A DNA stretch of 63,506 bases, filler included, from Octopus bimaculoides (Eukaryota), in NCBI RefSeq assembly GCF_001194135.2. It is 5 parts of 5 records of this genome, joined end to end, with 100 filler letters (N's around TTAATTAATTAA, not from the genome) between each part and the next. Parts side by side here need not be neighbours in the genome. Positions count along the whole stretch, not along the records: positions 1 to 19,801 come from NC_068989.1; 4 more parts are not named here. One strand, 5' to 3'. Below, piece by piece: positions 1 to 11,585 of this stretch. Position 1 is the stretch's first letter. Each line of letters starts with the position of its first letter. The translations under genes and the position numbers were made by a program. The notes under the pieces are model-generated. The model saw only the letters and a program-made list of their open reading frames with translations. It ran no database searches and was not told the DNA's origin.

Positions 1-674
1 ATATATATATATATATATATATATAAATTAATAATAATATGACAACAAAAGAATGAATGAGACCTCGATATTATGTAAAATAGAGGAATTTATCTATAAG
101 TATAATACGTGTATATATTTTTTCTGTATATTGTTTTTCACACTTTATAATTGTGTAACTTATACGAGTGTAGTATATACCTAATGTGTATGTGCGTGCA
201 TGTATACATGTAGACGAATGATTGTATATATACGAGCGCAAGACTCTACCTGTTGTACTTGTCTTCTTCCTTCATACATATATGTATGTATATACGTTTA
301 TATATCTGCATGTGTAGATGTGTTTGACAGACAGGAGGTGTATTTGTGTATATACATATATAGCTCATTTGTATATTCAAGTTTTGCGGCGAATGTGAAT
401 GTTTTACGGTTTATGTTTTTTTGCGTATGTGTTTTTATTTGTATATACGTCTTTCTGCGTATGTATATGCATGTGCGTATAAGCTACGTTTTGATTATCC
501 ATGTATGTATGTTCGTGTGCTTGTAGAGATGTGTATATGAGTGTAGTGATGCGTGCATGGGTATATATGCGTATGTATGTGCGTGTATGCGTAGACATAT
601 ATATGTATATATGTGTGTTTGTATGTTATGTATACGTGTGTGTGAGTATGTATATAGATATATATATATACGTC

Positions 675-721
<47 letters not shown>

Positions 722-1010
722 ACGTGTATGTGTGTGTATATGTGTGCATATGCGGATTCTATGAATGNNNNNNNNNNNNNNNNNNNNNNNNNNNNNNNNN
801 NNNNNNNNNNNNNNNNNNNNNNNNNNNNNNNNNNNNNNNNNNNNNNNNNNNNNNNNNNNNNNNNNNNNNNNNNNNNNNNNNNNNNNNNNNNNNNNNNNNN
901 NNNNNNNNNNNNNNNNNNNNNNNNNNNNNNNNNNNNNNNNNNNNNNNNNNNNNNNNNNNNNNNNNNNNNNNNNNNNNNNNNNNNNNNNNNNNNNNNNNNN
1001 NNNNNNNNNN

Positions 1011-1150
1011 GTGGAGGTGCGTGACCTAGGGGTTAAAGTATTGTACTCATGATCGTAAAAGTTTTGCCTAGATTCCTGCATCGACTGATAAGTAGTGTTC
1101 TTGAGTAGAGCATTTCTTTCCACGTTGAATCAGTCCACTCAACTGGCAAA
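1011..1150 (+). mobile_element. Old, diverged copy of the tRNA-derived SINE at 1214
   Basis: Decayed tRNA-like head (ggaggtgcgtgacctaggggttaaag), then gttcttgagtagagcatt and ccactcaactggcaaaaatg, which align by eye with the central segment of the 1214 copy. Confidence 0.45.
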
Positions 1151-1213
1151 AATGCATAATATGGCGAACCGTCCATATTATGCATATGCGTGAAAGTATG
1201 TATATGAAGTGAA

Positions 1214-1545
1214 GGCGCATGGCTCAGTGGTTAGGGCGTCGAGCTTACGACCGTGAGGTTGTGAGTTCGAATCTCGGACCGGACTGCATGTTGTATTTTT
1301 GAGCAAGACACTTTATTTCACGTTGCTCCAGTTCACTCAGCTGTAGAAATGAGTTGCGACGTCACAGGTGCCAAGCTGTGTCGGCCCTTGCCTTTCCCTT
1401 GGATAACATCGGTGGCGTGGAGAGGGGAGGCTGGTATGCATGGGTGACTGCTGGCCTTCCATGAACAACCTTGCCCGGACTTGTGCCTGGGAGGGTAACT
1501 TTCTAGGTGCAATCCCATGTTAAGTCATGACCGAAGGGAATCTCA
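1214..1545 (+). mobile_element. tRNA-derived SINE (family A) with CORE-like central segment
   Basis: Pol III A box TGGCTCAGTGG (1220-1230) and B box GTTCGAATC (1265-1273), followed by ttgagcaagacacttt...cagctgtagaaatgagt, which resembles the CORE-SINE core. It does not fold as a complete tRNA. Confidence 0.8.
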
Positions 1546-1774
1546 ACTCAACATGTATATGAATATCTTGTATATATACGTAGATACCTGCATACATACA
1601 TATATGCATATGTATGAACGAGTGAAGAGACAAAAGAAAGTAAACCTCAGATAATTTGATAGGAATTACAAATATATTTTTTAAAACAAGTTTGACTCAA
1701 CTCCGCATGACTAAAGGTTTCGTGGGCATGTAGGACACGTTCAACACATCAAATACTAGGAAATTTTTGTAGGC

Positions 1775-1953
1775 TTTTTGGTTCCTTTGTTTTCCAAATA
1801 TAAAAATTATTATTTTTTTGTCTTCTAATAGTGATTTACACAGCTAATTTTTTTTTAAATACATATTTCTTATTTTCAGTTATTTGATGCAGAGGCGTTT
1901 TGTCATGCAATTAATTAGTATAATGAATGTGAAACTTCGGTCTCTCTTAAAGT
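1775..1953. repeat. Copy 1 of a ~180-bp dispersed repeat (copy 2 at ~2810-2982)
   Basis: aggctttttggttcctttgttttccaaatat...ttttcagttattt...ctcttaaagta recurs ~1 kb downstream in the same orientation, roughly 80% similar by eye. Confidence 0.75.
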
Positions 1954-1967
1954 ATAGATATAGTGAA

Positions 1968-2122
1968 ATTAATGAAGATTAGAAGAACGGAGATTTGCAC
2001 ATCCAAGTTTTATTATTCAGGTATTTACATCGTTCTTCACTTAGATCAAATGTAAATAACTGTAAATAGCTGTATAATAAAACTTGGATGCGGAGATCCC
2101 CGTTCTCCTAATCTTCATTAAT
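1968..2122. repeat. 62-bp inverted repeat with 31-bp spacer
   Basis: 1968-2029 is the reverse complement of 2061-2122 with 7 mismatches. Confidence 0.9.
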
Positions 2123-2308
2123 CTCATTACTTTCTCTACGGGAACTATGCAGTCCCTATAAGGACATTCGGATTTACCAAGTGAGGATTAACCGAGTATA
2201 GTAAATTTTAACTAACTTGAGTTTCATTAAAATGCACCGTGGCAAACTGGTATTAAGAACCGATAAGAGCTAAAACGGTAACCGCCAGGATTATATATCC
2301 CTGGAAAC

Positions 2309-2345
<37 letters not shown>

Positions 2346-2809
2346 GCATACATGCACATACTCTCACATACATACATGCATCACATCATTATATACATCT
2401 AGTTAGAAGCATGACATTTTTGCGTGTGTTTAACCTTTTTAAAAACAATAATGAAAATGAAATCTTTCTAAAAATAAATTTTAAATGATATTTCAATAAT
2501 AAATACGAAACGATAAATATAGATTTTCATTTATTTACACTATTTTTTACATTCATTTAAACCTCTTTCTTCTTTTACGTACTCAGTCGACCTGCTAGAA
2601 ATAGTACCAAATCTCTCAAATACCACATCTTCTCTCTTAATTAGTAAAGTAGACATTCAATAATGTAATCCTATATATATAATCATAGTCTAACAAAATG
2701 AATGATAATAATAACAAAATGAATGATAATAATACTTTCGATTATTTGTCAACTCGATCAGAAGTGACCATTCTGGTTACACACCTCGATATAAGTCTGA
2801 TAATCTTTC

Positions 2810-2982
2810 TAGGCTCTTTTGGTTTCTTTGTTTTCCAAATATCAAAATGATTTTTTTCCTTCTGATAGCGATTTTACACATTAAAAAATTTTTTTTTCAC
2901 TTTTCAGTTATTTAATGTAGTAGCGTTTTGTAATGTAATTACTTAGTATAATGAATTTGGAACTTCTGTTTCTCTTAAAGTA
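2810..2982. repeat. Copy 2 of the ~180-bp dispersed repeat
   Basis: Aligns with 1775-1953. Diverges after ctcttaaagta and lacks the 62-bp inverted repeat. Confidence 0.75.
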
Positions 2983-4575
2983 GAATACATCTTAAATTTT
3001 GTTTCTAATTACATGAAATGATGTAAAATCGAATGCAGTCTAGTCACATGGATTCAATCTAAGAGTTACATTGAGTGCACGTCTGTGGAAATCTCAGCCG
3101 CTTATATGAAAATTTGACGAGTATTTGAATTGTTCGAACAACTGAATACTTATCGTCTATACCGATAACTAATCCATAATTACATTTAAGCCAAGCAGTT
3201 ATGAAGTAAAGGAGATTTAGCTGCTATTTCTAAGAGGTCGACGCACCGACTGGATGAAGGCTACTCTCGTTGTCGTATAAGTCGACTTCAATGAAAATGT
3301 AACACAAAACAATAACTTTTATACAATTTATTTTACCATTTTCTCAAAAGTGGTAGATTTCAATTAATTTATTATACGAAACATGCAGCCTATTTTATAC
3401 CAGACAGTCAACAGCGTACTCTTCAGATAACCAAACAATCAATGAAATCCCCTCTAAATAACCATTCGGCCAATGGAGTCCTTTCCAGATAACCAGACAT
3501 TCAATGGAGTACTGTGCAAGCAACTAGACAATCCATAAAGTCCTCTCCAAGCAATTTGTCAAACATTCATAGATTATACATAAAGTATTTTTTATACTGA
3601 AGACTTTCACGCAAGCTGGAACGAACTAGTTTAACTGAGCCATGTTTGTACATTTTCGCCACAGAATCAAATTTAATGAAGCTTCTCAAACTAGTACCAT
3701 TTGATTAGTTTGACTAACCATATGGCTCCATATTTTTACAGATAGTAACATTTATGCCTCACTCAAGAGCATTAATGGTGAAATGAAAACAAATTAAGAC
3801 ATCGTTAACATAAAAAAAGATTTCTAAATCAGTTGCGATCTCGGTATATTAGTGCTATATCCATTCTTTCGTAGAGCTGCTCGCTACTTTCACAGATTTT
3901 AAAATAAAAATGAAACAAACAAGACCCATCATCTTTTAAGCGAACATATGTAATACACAGATCTTGTACATTTGAAAATATTATTTGACTTGTAAATGAA
4001 TCCGAGTAACAGGTTATCGTTGCATTTTAATAACTCAGCTGAATTGCTCAGGCAATTTTAGTATACTGAAATGTGTTGTAATGTTAAATCATTTCTTGCT
4101 TGAGACAGAGTAATGTAACAAGTAACATTGGTCAGACCGATATGAAATACAAAAATATCACTGAAAATATGTAGAAATATATGGGCCATAACGTTAAAGT
4201 AAAATATTTTACATTCCCTACGGCCGTTTCTTGTAGTGGGCGAGTAGAAGAATGAAAAAAAAAACATCGCACAAATTGCCTTGTTTAATAAAATTAAGAT
4301 AAGTTTTTAAACGTTTTAAACTTGTTCATCACCATAGCAAAGAAAGAAAAATTATATGGAAACTCTGTTTCATCTTTAATAATGTGAGAGGAAGGCAAAA
4401 ATTTCCTTACTATTAGGGTGTTTAAGAACCAATACCGAAAGGATGGCATCAAAAACAGTATAAAATATTAGCATCTATGATCAGTTATCTAAAACAATTT
4501 AGACCGCACGGATATAAAAGTAATTGATTGAAAAAAAAATTTGTAAAGTACAAGCTTACACAGAAAACATAACAT

Positions 4576-4812
4576 TTAACCCTTTGAGCACGTAAATTCG
4601 CTTTAGCAGATGATTTCGTTTGACTAAGACCTTGGAAAACGCAAAAGCGGGTTACCTCGTAGTTTTGTGTTTGCGGCTTGCTATGTGGCAGAAACAGTGA
4701 TGTTTTTAGTCGTAAACATAAAACCATGTGGCCACCCTCTTATGTGACTTTCAGCAGTATGGTCAAATGAAATTGTGTCTACTAAAGTGTACTCGTAGGC
4801 TCAAAGGGTTAA
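4576..4812. mobile_element. piggyBac-type non-autonomous element (MITE), 229 bp, with TTAA target-site duplication
   Basis: TTAA (4576-4579) + CCCTTTGAGC ... GCTCAAAGGG + TTAA (4809-4812). Perfect 10-bp TIRs with CCC/GGG ends and TTAA TSDs are diagnostic of piggyBac. Confidence 0.85.
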
Positions 4813-5375
4813 TAAGTGAGACACCTGCAACATACATTCCCATACTTTAGGTGATATAATTTGAAACATGAGGCACATAGAGGACCAATCGAAATACAAA
4901 TCACACTACTATTTTACAGCAATTCAAAGACAATGTATAAAATTGTAGACAAAATAACTGGTCGTTCTAGAATCAGCAATTTTATACGACTGCTGGTATT
5001 GTACATGCTTTTTTGTGAAAAAAAGAAGACATTTCTTCCTTTTTTGTTGTTTTTTTTATATAAAAGTTTAAGAAAATGTTTACTTCGTTTAGTTTTGCTG
5101 GTTGATTGATTTCGTTGCTTTGGTTGATTTGCTTTATCAGATGCCTTATCGATTTTGTATGAGGTCCGCCAGTGTGGCGTGAACAATTCGTGTTAAGGAA
5201 CTTTTATAATAAAAAGAATAAATTTCAGCTTTCTTCAGGTCTCGGGCTGCCATTTTTTTCACCTTCTCATGGAAATTTCACTGTTCAGGATTTTATTTTA
5301 TTAACAAAAATTAACAATCAGTTGTACAAGAGAAAAAGGTATTTTCGCATAAAAAAAATCTTTTGGAATTTTACC

Positions 5376-5418
<43 letters not shown>

Positions 5419-5828
5419 CATATATGTATGCATGTATATATATACATACACACACNNNNNNNNNNNNNNNNNNNNNNNNNNNNNNNNNNNNNNNNNNNNN
5501 NNNNNNNNNNNNNNNNNNNNNNNNNNNNNNNNNNNNNNNNNNNNNNNNNNNNNNNNNNNNNNNNNNNNNNNNNNNNATATACATATATATACTAAAACGA
5601 GATGCTTTCTGTATATATTTGCAGTTAATTTCCACGATAAATAAATAACTATTCAAATGTCACAGCTTATATTGGTGCTGTTGTTATAAAATGTTATAAA
5701 AACTGATGTGTTTATATTACAATTGTATGAAAATGGTTTGAAACAGATTTCAGTCTCCATCTGTTATACCTACTGTCTATGTTTTAAAAGTCATTGGCGT
5801 AAGTTACCATTGCATGTTTTTTTTTCTT

Positions 5829-6296
5829 TCATAAGCAATAAAATTCGTGTATTACAACTGAACAAATTAAGCATTTTACGACACAGCACCAGTTAAACTT
5901 GCAATTGCATCGCTCATTGGAAATCCTCTGTATAGTTCTGTAACCACGGCCACAACACAGTAGATCACAACCGTCAATTGCTTTCGAAGTTAAGTTGCAT
6001 AACCGGCCGTGCGTTCCTGGAATACCGACCTTAGGGAGGGGTTCACAGAAATCCGGTGATACAATCAAGTAAACTAAATCTTCTTGTGTGTGAGGTTTGA
6101 ATTTTGGATTCATTGGAACTAATAATTTCTTAGTTCCTTTGTTCTTCTTACGAACCTCTGTGGCTCCGTCAAATTTCTCTTTTATTATCTCTCCAACTTC
6201 ATGAAACGAGCGTATCGCCCGCCAGCAAGTTCGCATTTCACATGTTCCAGATACTCCGTGACATTTACACTGGATTTTCATATGGTTCTCAATTGC
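5829..6296 (-). CDS. Wnt4: Terminal coding exon of a Wnt4-family ligand ([25 protein letters not shown]...HEFYCL*)
   Basis: Wnt signature [10 protein letters not shown] with the lipidated serine, 16 cysteines in Wnt spacing, and [10 protein letters not shown], FKPHTxEDLVYL and TSKAIDGC motifs as in vertebrate WNT4. A phase-0 acceptor (ttttatag|GCA) falls where the WNT4 last exon begins (K|AILTHM). Stop TGA at 5829-5831. Wnt identity is near certain; Wnt4 orthology is from recalled motif similarity. Confidence 0.9.
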   Translation of the reverse strand, partial: AIENHMKIQCKCHGVSGTCEMRTCWRAIRSFHEVGEIIKEKFDGATEVRKKNKGTKKLLVPMNPKFKPHTQEDLVYLIVSPDFCEPLPKVGIPGTHGRLCNLTSKAIDGCDLLCCGRGYRTIQRISNERCNCKFNWCCVVKCLICSVVIHEFYCL

Positions 6297-6320
6297 CTAT
6301 AAAACATAAAATTAAAAAAA
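6297..6320 (-). promoter_or_regulatory. Splice acceptor and pyrimidine tract of the last Wnt4 exon
   Basis: The minus strand reads tttttttaattttatgttttatAG immediately before GCA ATT GAG AAC CAT ATG. Confidence 0.85.
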
Positions 6321-7173
6321 TGTGTTAGTTTCATATTTTTACACAATAATACAAATTAATTTAGTAATAAAACTTCTCGATTTAGATTTTTATTGTCATT
6401 GAAGCTATGCATTAGCAGTTTCTACAAAAAGGAGAAAAAAAAGCCAAAAGTCGTAGTCTAAAAATGTCACTCACTGACATTGTTAAAGCTCTAGTCAGCA
6501 TAAAAATCTTATATTCTCTATTCCATCCCGTTTGGATGTGAAACCCTCAACAAAATTACATTTTCGAATATGTTGCTCTTTCCACTCATCTAGTACCTGT
6601 ATTACTTTAGGGGTCAATTCAATAATCTATGTCACTTCTGCAACATTTGCCATAGAGCTAAGCGAAAAAGATCAATTTAATAAATTGCTTTATTTAATTG
6701 TTTAATCTTGTGGGAAACAGTATGTGTCAGGGAAATAAACCATTACTGTAGTAGAGAGCAGCACATTACTATCTGGAACCTGGTTGAAATACTTGCACCG
6801 AAGTGGACTCGGCTAAAGGAATCCAAGAGCCACGTGATAGGTTATATACCAAAAAAATTTTATAACATTTTTCTGACATAATTTAAATATATACTTTAAC
6901 CATGTAACACAAGCCTTCTGTAGTTTTTTCACTCTTATTATCTTTTATACATCCAACCACGTGCTTTCACATACCNNNNNNNNNNNNNNNNNNNNNNNNN
7001 NNNNNNNNNNNNNNNNNNNNNNNNNNNNNNNNNNNNNNNNNNNNNNNNNNNNNNNNNNNNNNNNNNNNNNNNNNNNNNNNNNNNNNNNNNNNNNNNNNNN
7101 NNNNNNNNNNNNNATATATATATATATATATATATACTTATGTTAAAATTCCCAAAAAATATAGAGAGAAATT

Positions 7174-7577
7174 AATACATTAAAAATATACATATAAAAA
7201 TATCTAAATATATAGATAGGTACATTAAAAATAAATTGAAAAATTAAATACATATATCGGTCGACTTATAGATTATAAAACGAAATCATAAAAAGAGATA
7301 AGAGTCTATAAGATACAAAGTTTAGGTGTTAATAATCCAGTTAATAATCTTACAGACGTTTCTGGGGGTCCGGTTATCCAGTCATATATAAGATAAGGCC
7401 CCCACCCCCCAGAAACGGTCGTAGGACTATCAACTGGATAATTAACACCCAAGCTCTGTATCACACTGACTGTTATCTCTTTTTATGATTTCGTTTTATA
7501 ATCTGTAAGTCGACCTATATTTTTAATGTATATATCTATATATTAATATATTTTTATATGTATATGTTTAATGTATT
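7174..7577. repeat. ~400-bp imperfect palindrome, probably derived from a Penelope-like terminal repeat
   Basis: Core arms 7254-7368 and 7406-7520 (115 bp, 17 mismatches) around a 37-nt loop, extended by AT-rich outer arms. The centre has gacgtttc...gaaacggtc, as seen in Penelope-like repeats. Confidence 0.8.
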
Positions 7578-7776
7578 GGTTACTGTATATATTTTTAATA
7601 TGTTTGATGTATTAAATATACTTTTAGAGAAATTCATGCATGTTGGGTCTGGGTCTCAATGAATGTATATGTGAACTTGATTTGTCTAACATTGATTCTT
7701 ATTTCTACATTATTCTACCGCCTTAGGTTTCTTGAGCGCTTCAAAGTGAAGTCTATGCATGGAGAAAAATGTTTTC

Positions 7777-7827
<51 letters not shown>

Positions 7828-8433
7828 TTGTTTAAAAGAGTTCCAACTCTGTCTGTTTTTTATGTTTTATNNNNNNNNNNNNNNNNNNNNNNNNNNNNNN
7901 NNNNNNNNNNNNNNNNNNNNNNNNNNNNNNNNNNNNNNNNNNNNNNNNNNNNNNNNNNNNNNNNNNNNNNNNNNNNNNNNNNNNNNNNNNNNNNNNNNNN
8001 NNNNNNNNNNNNNNNNNNNNNNNNNNNNNNNNNNNNNNNNNNNNNNNNNNNNNNNNNNNNNNNNNNNNNNNNNNNNNNNNNNNNNNNNNNNNNNNNNNNN
8101 NNNNNNNNNNNNNNNNNNNNNNNNNNNNNNNNNNNNNNNNNNNNNNNNNNNNNNNNNNNNNNNNNNNNNNNNNNNNNNNNNNNNNNNNNNNNNNNNNNNN
8201 NNNNNNNNNNNNNNNNNNNNNNNNNNNNNNNNNNNNNNNNNNNNNNNNNNNNNNNNNNNNNNNNNNNNNNNNNNNNNNNNNNNNNNNNNNNCCATATTCT
8301 ATATCCCACATTAATTTCACAAGAATATAAATAAAACATAAAAAACAGACAGAGTTGGAACTCTTTTAAACAAAATAATATATTCCTCTATACACAATCA
8401 TACAAAACCCCTTTTTTTGTATTTATTTTTACT

Positions 8434-8467
<34 letters not shown>

Positions 8468-8942
8468 TATATATATATTATCGAGCGCACATACTCAAAG
8501 TATGTGTTTTGTTTGTTCGGCGCTTCGTTGCCGGGTAGCTCTTGGGGACGACTCCTTTATAACGCTGGGTGTTAAAACATCTGAAAGTCTTAGACAGGCG
8601 AGACTGCTTTCCTCCAATCCCATTCAGGAATGATGGATAGCGATATTCCGCCATACCTGAACCAAATTGGGACGAATCGAATCGCCAGTCTACGACTATA
8701 TATAAGTGATGTAAAAGTTATCTGCTGATATGTCACAATGGTGCATACATAAAATTAAATTCAATAATGAATTAAAGCAATTATCGAACATAGTTGAATG
8801 AAATAGCGTATCTTAGGCTCTTTATTATTGGAGACCTGAAAGCATATCTTGTTTATGTATCTTTGAGATAATTTTTCGGTTTTCTACTGAATTTAAAGAG
8901 ATAAACAATTATAGTAAAAATCTGTCCATAGCAATTACTGTT

Positions 8943-9104
8943 CATAAATTAACGATCACTCTACGTAAATTAAGATCACTTTCCATAAATTAATGATCAT
9001 TCAGCATAAATTAACGATCACTCTGCATAAATTAACGAATTGTTCTGTATAGGCTATAAATTAACGAATCATGCTTAAATTTACGATCACTCTGCATAAA
9101 TGTA
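8943..9104. repeat. Degenerate ~21-bp minisatellite (cataaattaacgatcactctg)
   Basis: About 7-8 imperfect units are visible directly. Confidence 0.8.
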
Positions 9105-9949
9105 CGGATTAAATTAACCCGCTAGACTTCAGCGTTGACCAGCCTATTAATTTTCTTTTTAATAGAACTACATGAAACATATTTTATTAATCGTAATTAT
9201 AAAGCTTTTATCACTGTTTTTTGAAAAGTACAAAAAAAAAAAAAGAAACGAAACTGGGTATTTATCTCTACTGAGATTTGTAGCTCCAAAGTTATAAAAA
9301 GTGACTTTTTAAAGCGGATTACTTTAGATAGAAGGGGGAAAATTGCTTAAAACAAGTTTTGAAAGTGATACAGTTTTAGGTTTTAATGAAACTTATTTAA
9401 TTTGGTTGCATTGATTGATAGTTTTATAATAGAAATTCAGTTATCTTTGGTGCAGTAAAGCTGGTGTGTGTCTCGATTACTTTTGCCTCTGCTACTACTA
9501 TTGCTACTAATACTGCTGCTATTACTACTCTATGTCAAGTATGTTAGGGTGAGTGGCGATATAATTGTTGTTGCTACTGCGTTACTGGTATCTACAAAAA
9601 CATGCATCTTGCGTCAATTTATTTTTTACTCCAGTCAAAGAGGGGCGGTGCTTATATCTTGTATAGGCCACAACTTCTACATTTTGTGAATTCGATTTGA
9701 TTGAGGTCCAGTTTCAACTCCTCTAGATGAATGTGTGTGGAAACATGGGCAGGGAATTTCAGTGAGATTCGGTTTTATTCTGAAAGCCATTATTATTATT
9801 ACAATAAAAACAATGAATTTATGAAGTACATAATAACACCCGAACATTACACCAGACAATTTTGTCACACCCAGAATCTCCCTACCTGCACACATACAAA
9901 TCGTTCAAACAACACAAAACACATACACACACTTAAAAATCCAATTCCC

Positions 9950-11585
9950 ACAGGAAATTGGAGATTTTCGAGAGAATATCACCTAGAGAATTCTTGGTGA
10001 TTTACTGTTGGAAACACCCCAAGCCAACAGGAGGGACGGGCAATCCGCCCCGCCAAACAAAACCAAGTAAGTTTTCCTTTTCTTTTCTTTCCTTTTTCCG
10101 ACAACATGGTTGTGGACAGAATAGGCAGCCTGGAGTCGCCTTGGAATCGGGGTCACCTACTAAACGACCTCAAAGCACTGAATGTGGACGTGGTGGCCAT
10201 TAGTGAAACCAGAATTTCCGACTCACGAGACTTCCGACCCATTTTCGGTGACTGTGTGGTGTATACATCTCCAAGTCGCCCGGGAGCGAGAGGCGAAGTC
10301 GTCGTGATGGTTCGGAAAAATCTGGATCTTGCAATAAGGACGATCTTCCTGGATCCAAAAGGTAAGTCGATGGTCTTGGATGTGATAGGCAGCGAATGAC
10401 ATACTTCCAGGCTAGTTTCCGACTATGCTCCAACAGGGGCAGGACGACCAGATTTCTTCAGACGTCTGAAAACGTTACTGGGAACGTCCTGCTCTTTAGT
10501 GTTAGTGGGGGGATTGGAATGGAATTTTAAATGTAAGGTGGGACTGTGTAGGTTTAGCAGATAGGAGAGGAGGGTGTAAAAGCCTCGCAAATCTGCTCAG
10601 ACGATTCCAACTGTCTGACAGGTATCGACTGGATTTTCCGGATGTGCCAGTGTGAACCTGATCAAACCGCATCGGGTCATCCAAATCGTATCTAGATAGG
10701 GTATTCTGTAGAGTAGCAGATAAGGATAGCATAGGTTGTGCAAAGTTTAAAGTAGTCGATTACACAAACCACGAATTCGTGATTTGTACAGTCGACCTAG
10801 ATAGGCTTCATAGACAGGGACCTGGTTATTGGAAGCTGAACACGTCGTTGCCGGCGCGTAAAGATTTCAGTGACCGGATTAGTGAACTAGTTAAGAGGCC
10901 TTGACGGGGGAAATAATCAACAATAACTGGTTTGTCGCCCTGAAAAGGGCGATTAGAATAGAATCGTAAGGTTTAGCCAAGGGTTAAAAGTAGAAAGAAA
11001 TAGAGCAGAGGCAGGGCTAGTCAAAAAGTTAGATGACGCTTTTACAAACGGCATCGCGACAGACATGCTCGCAGCGAGATTGGCACTCAACCAATTCTTC
11101 AACGGAAAACACGAAGGCTGCGTTGTCAGAGCTAAGGCACGAGCACTTAGACACGAAGGGACGAAAGCCGTTCAATGGGCCCGAGTGGCAGATGCACAGC
11201 GTGACAATAAATCCACAATCCGATCTTTGCCGGACCACGACGGGCAAATGACAACTGATCCGAGACAGATGTGTGCGGCCTTTCAGCGGCGCTTCGCTCA
11301 ACTGTTCGGGAGCAGCGGTGATCCAGGTCGCAGGATGGATTTCACGTCCTACCTCGACGGACTGCCGCGGCTCTCGGCGACGGAGCGCTGCGAAAGACAA
11401 CAGCCTTTGAAATATGGGAAGTAATGGCTAGCTGCACGAGGAGTAAATAGCCTTGTTTGGATGATCTGCACTATGAGCTTTACGCTTACATGCCAGGCTT
11501 GTTCGGTGACCTCGTCGTAAACGTTTACGGCAGCTGGCAACAGAATGGGATAATTCCCTGTTTTGTGAGCCGAGGAGCGATGGCC
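9950..11585 (+). mobile_element. Tx1/L1-clade LINE relic: end of ORF1, apurinic endonuclease and pre-RT region of ORF2, 3-prime truncated
   Basis: Frameshifted peptides DVVAISET, VLVGDWN, SYLDRVF, GPGYWKLNTS, GCVVRAKAR and LDDLHYELY match the L1/Tx1 APE domain and the region before the RT. Many stops. Confidence 0.85.

Noticed and set aside
1214-1285. Possible tRNA genes at SINE heads (also 37008 and 45541)
   Set aside because: A and B boxes are present, but there is no closing acceptor stem and each continues into a repeat body.
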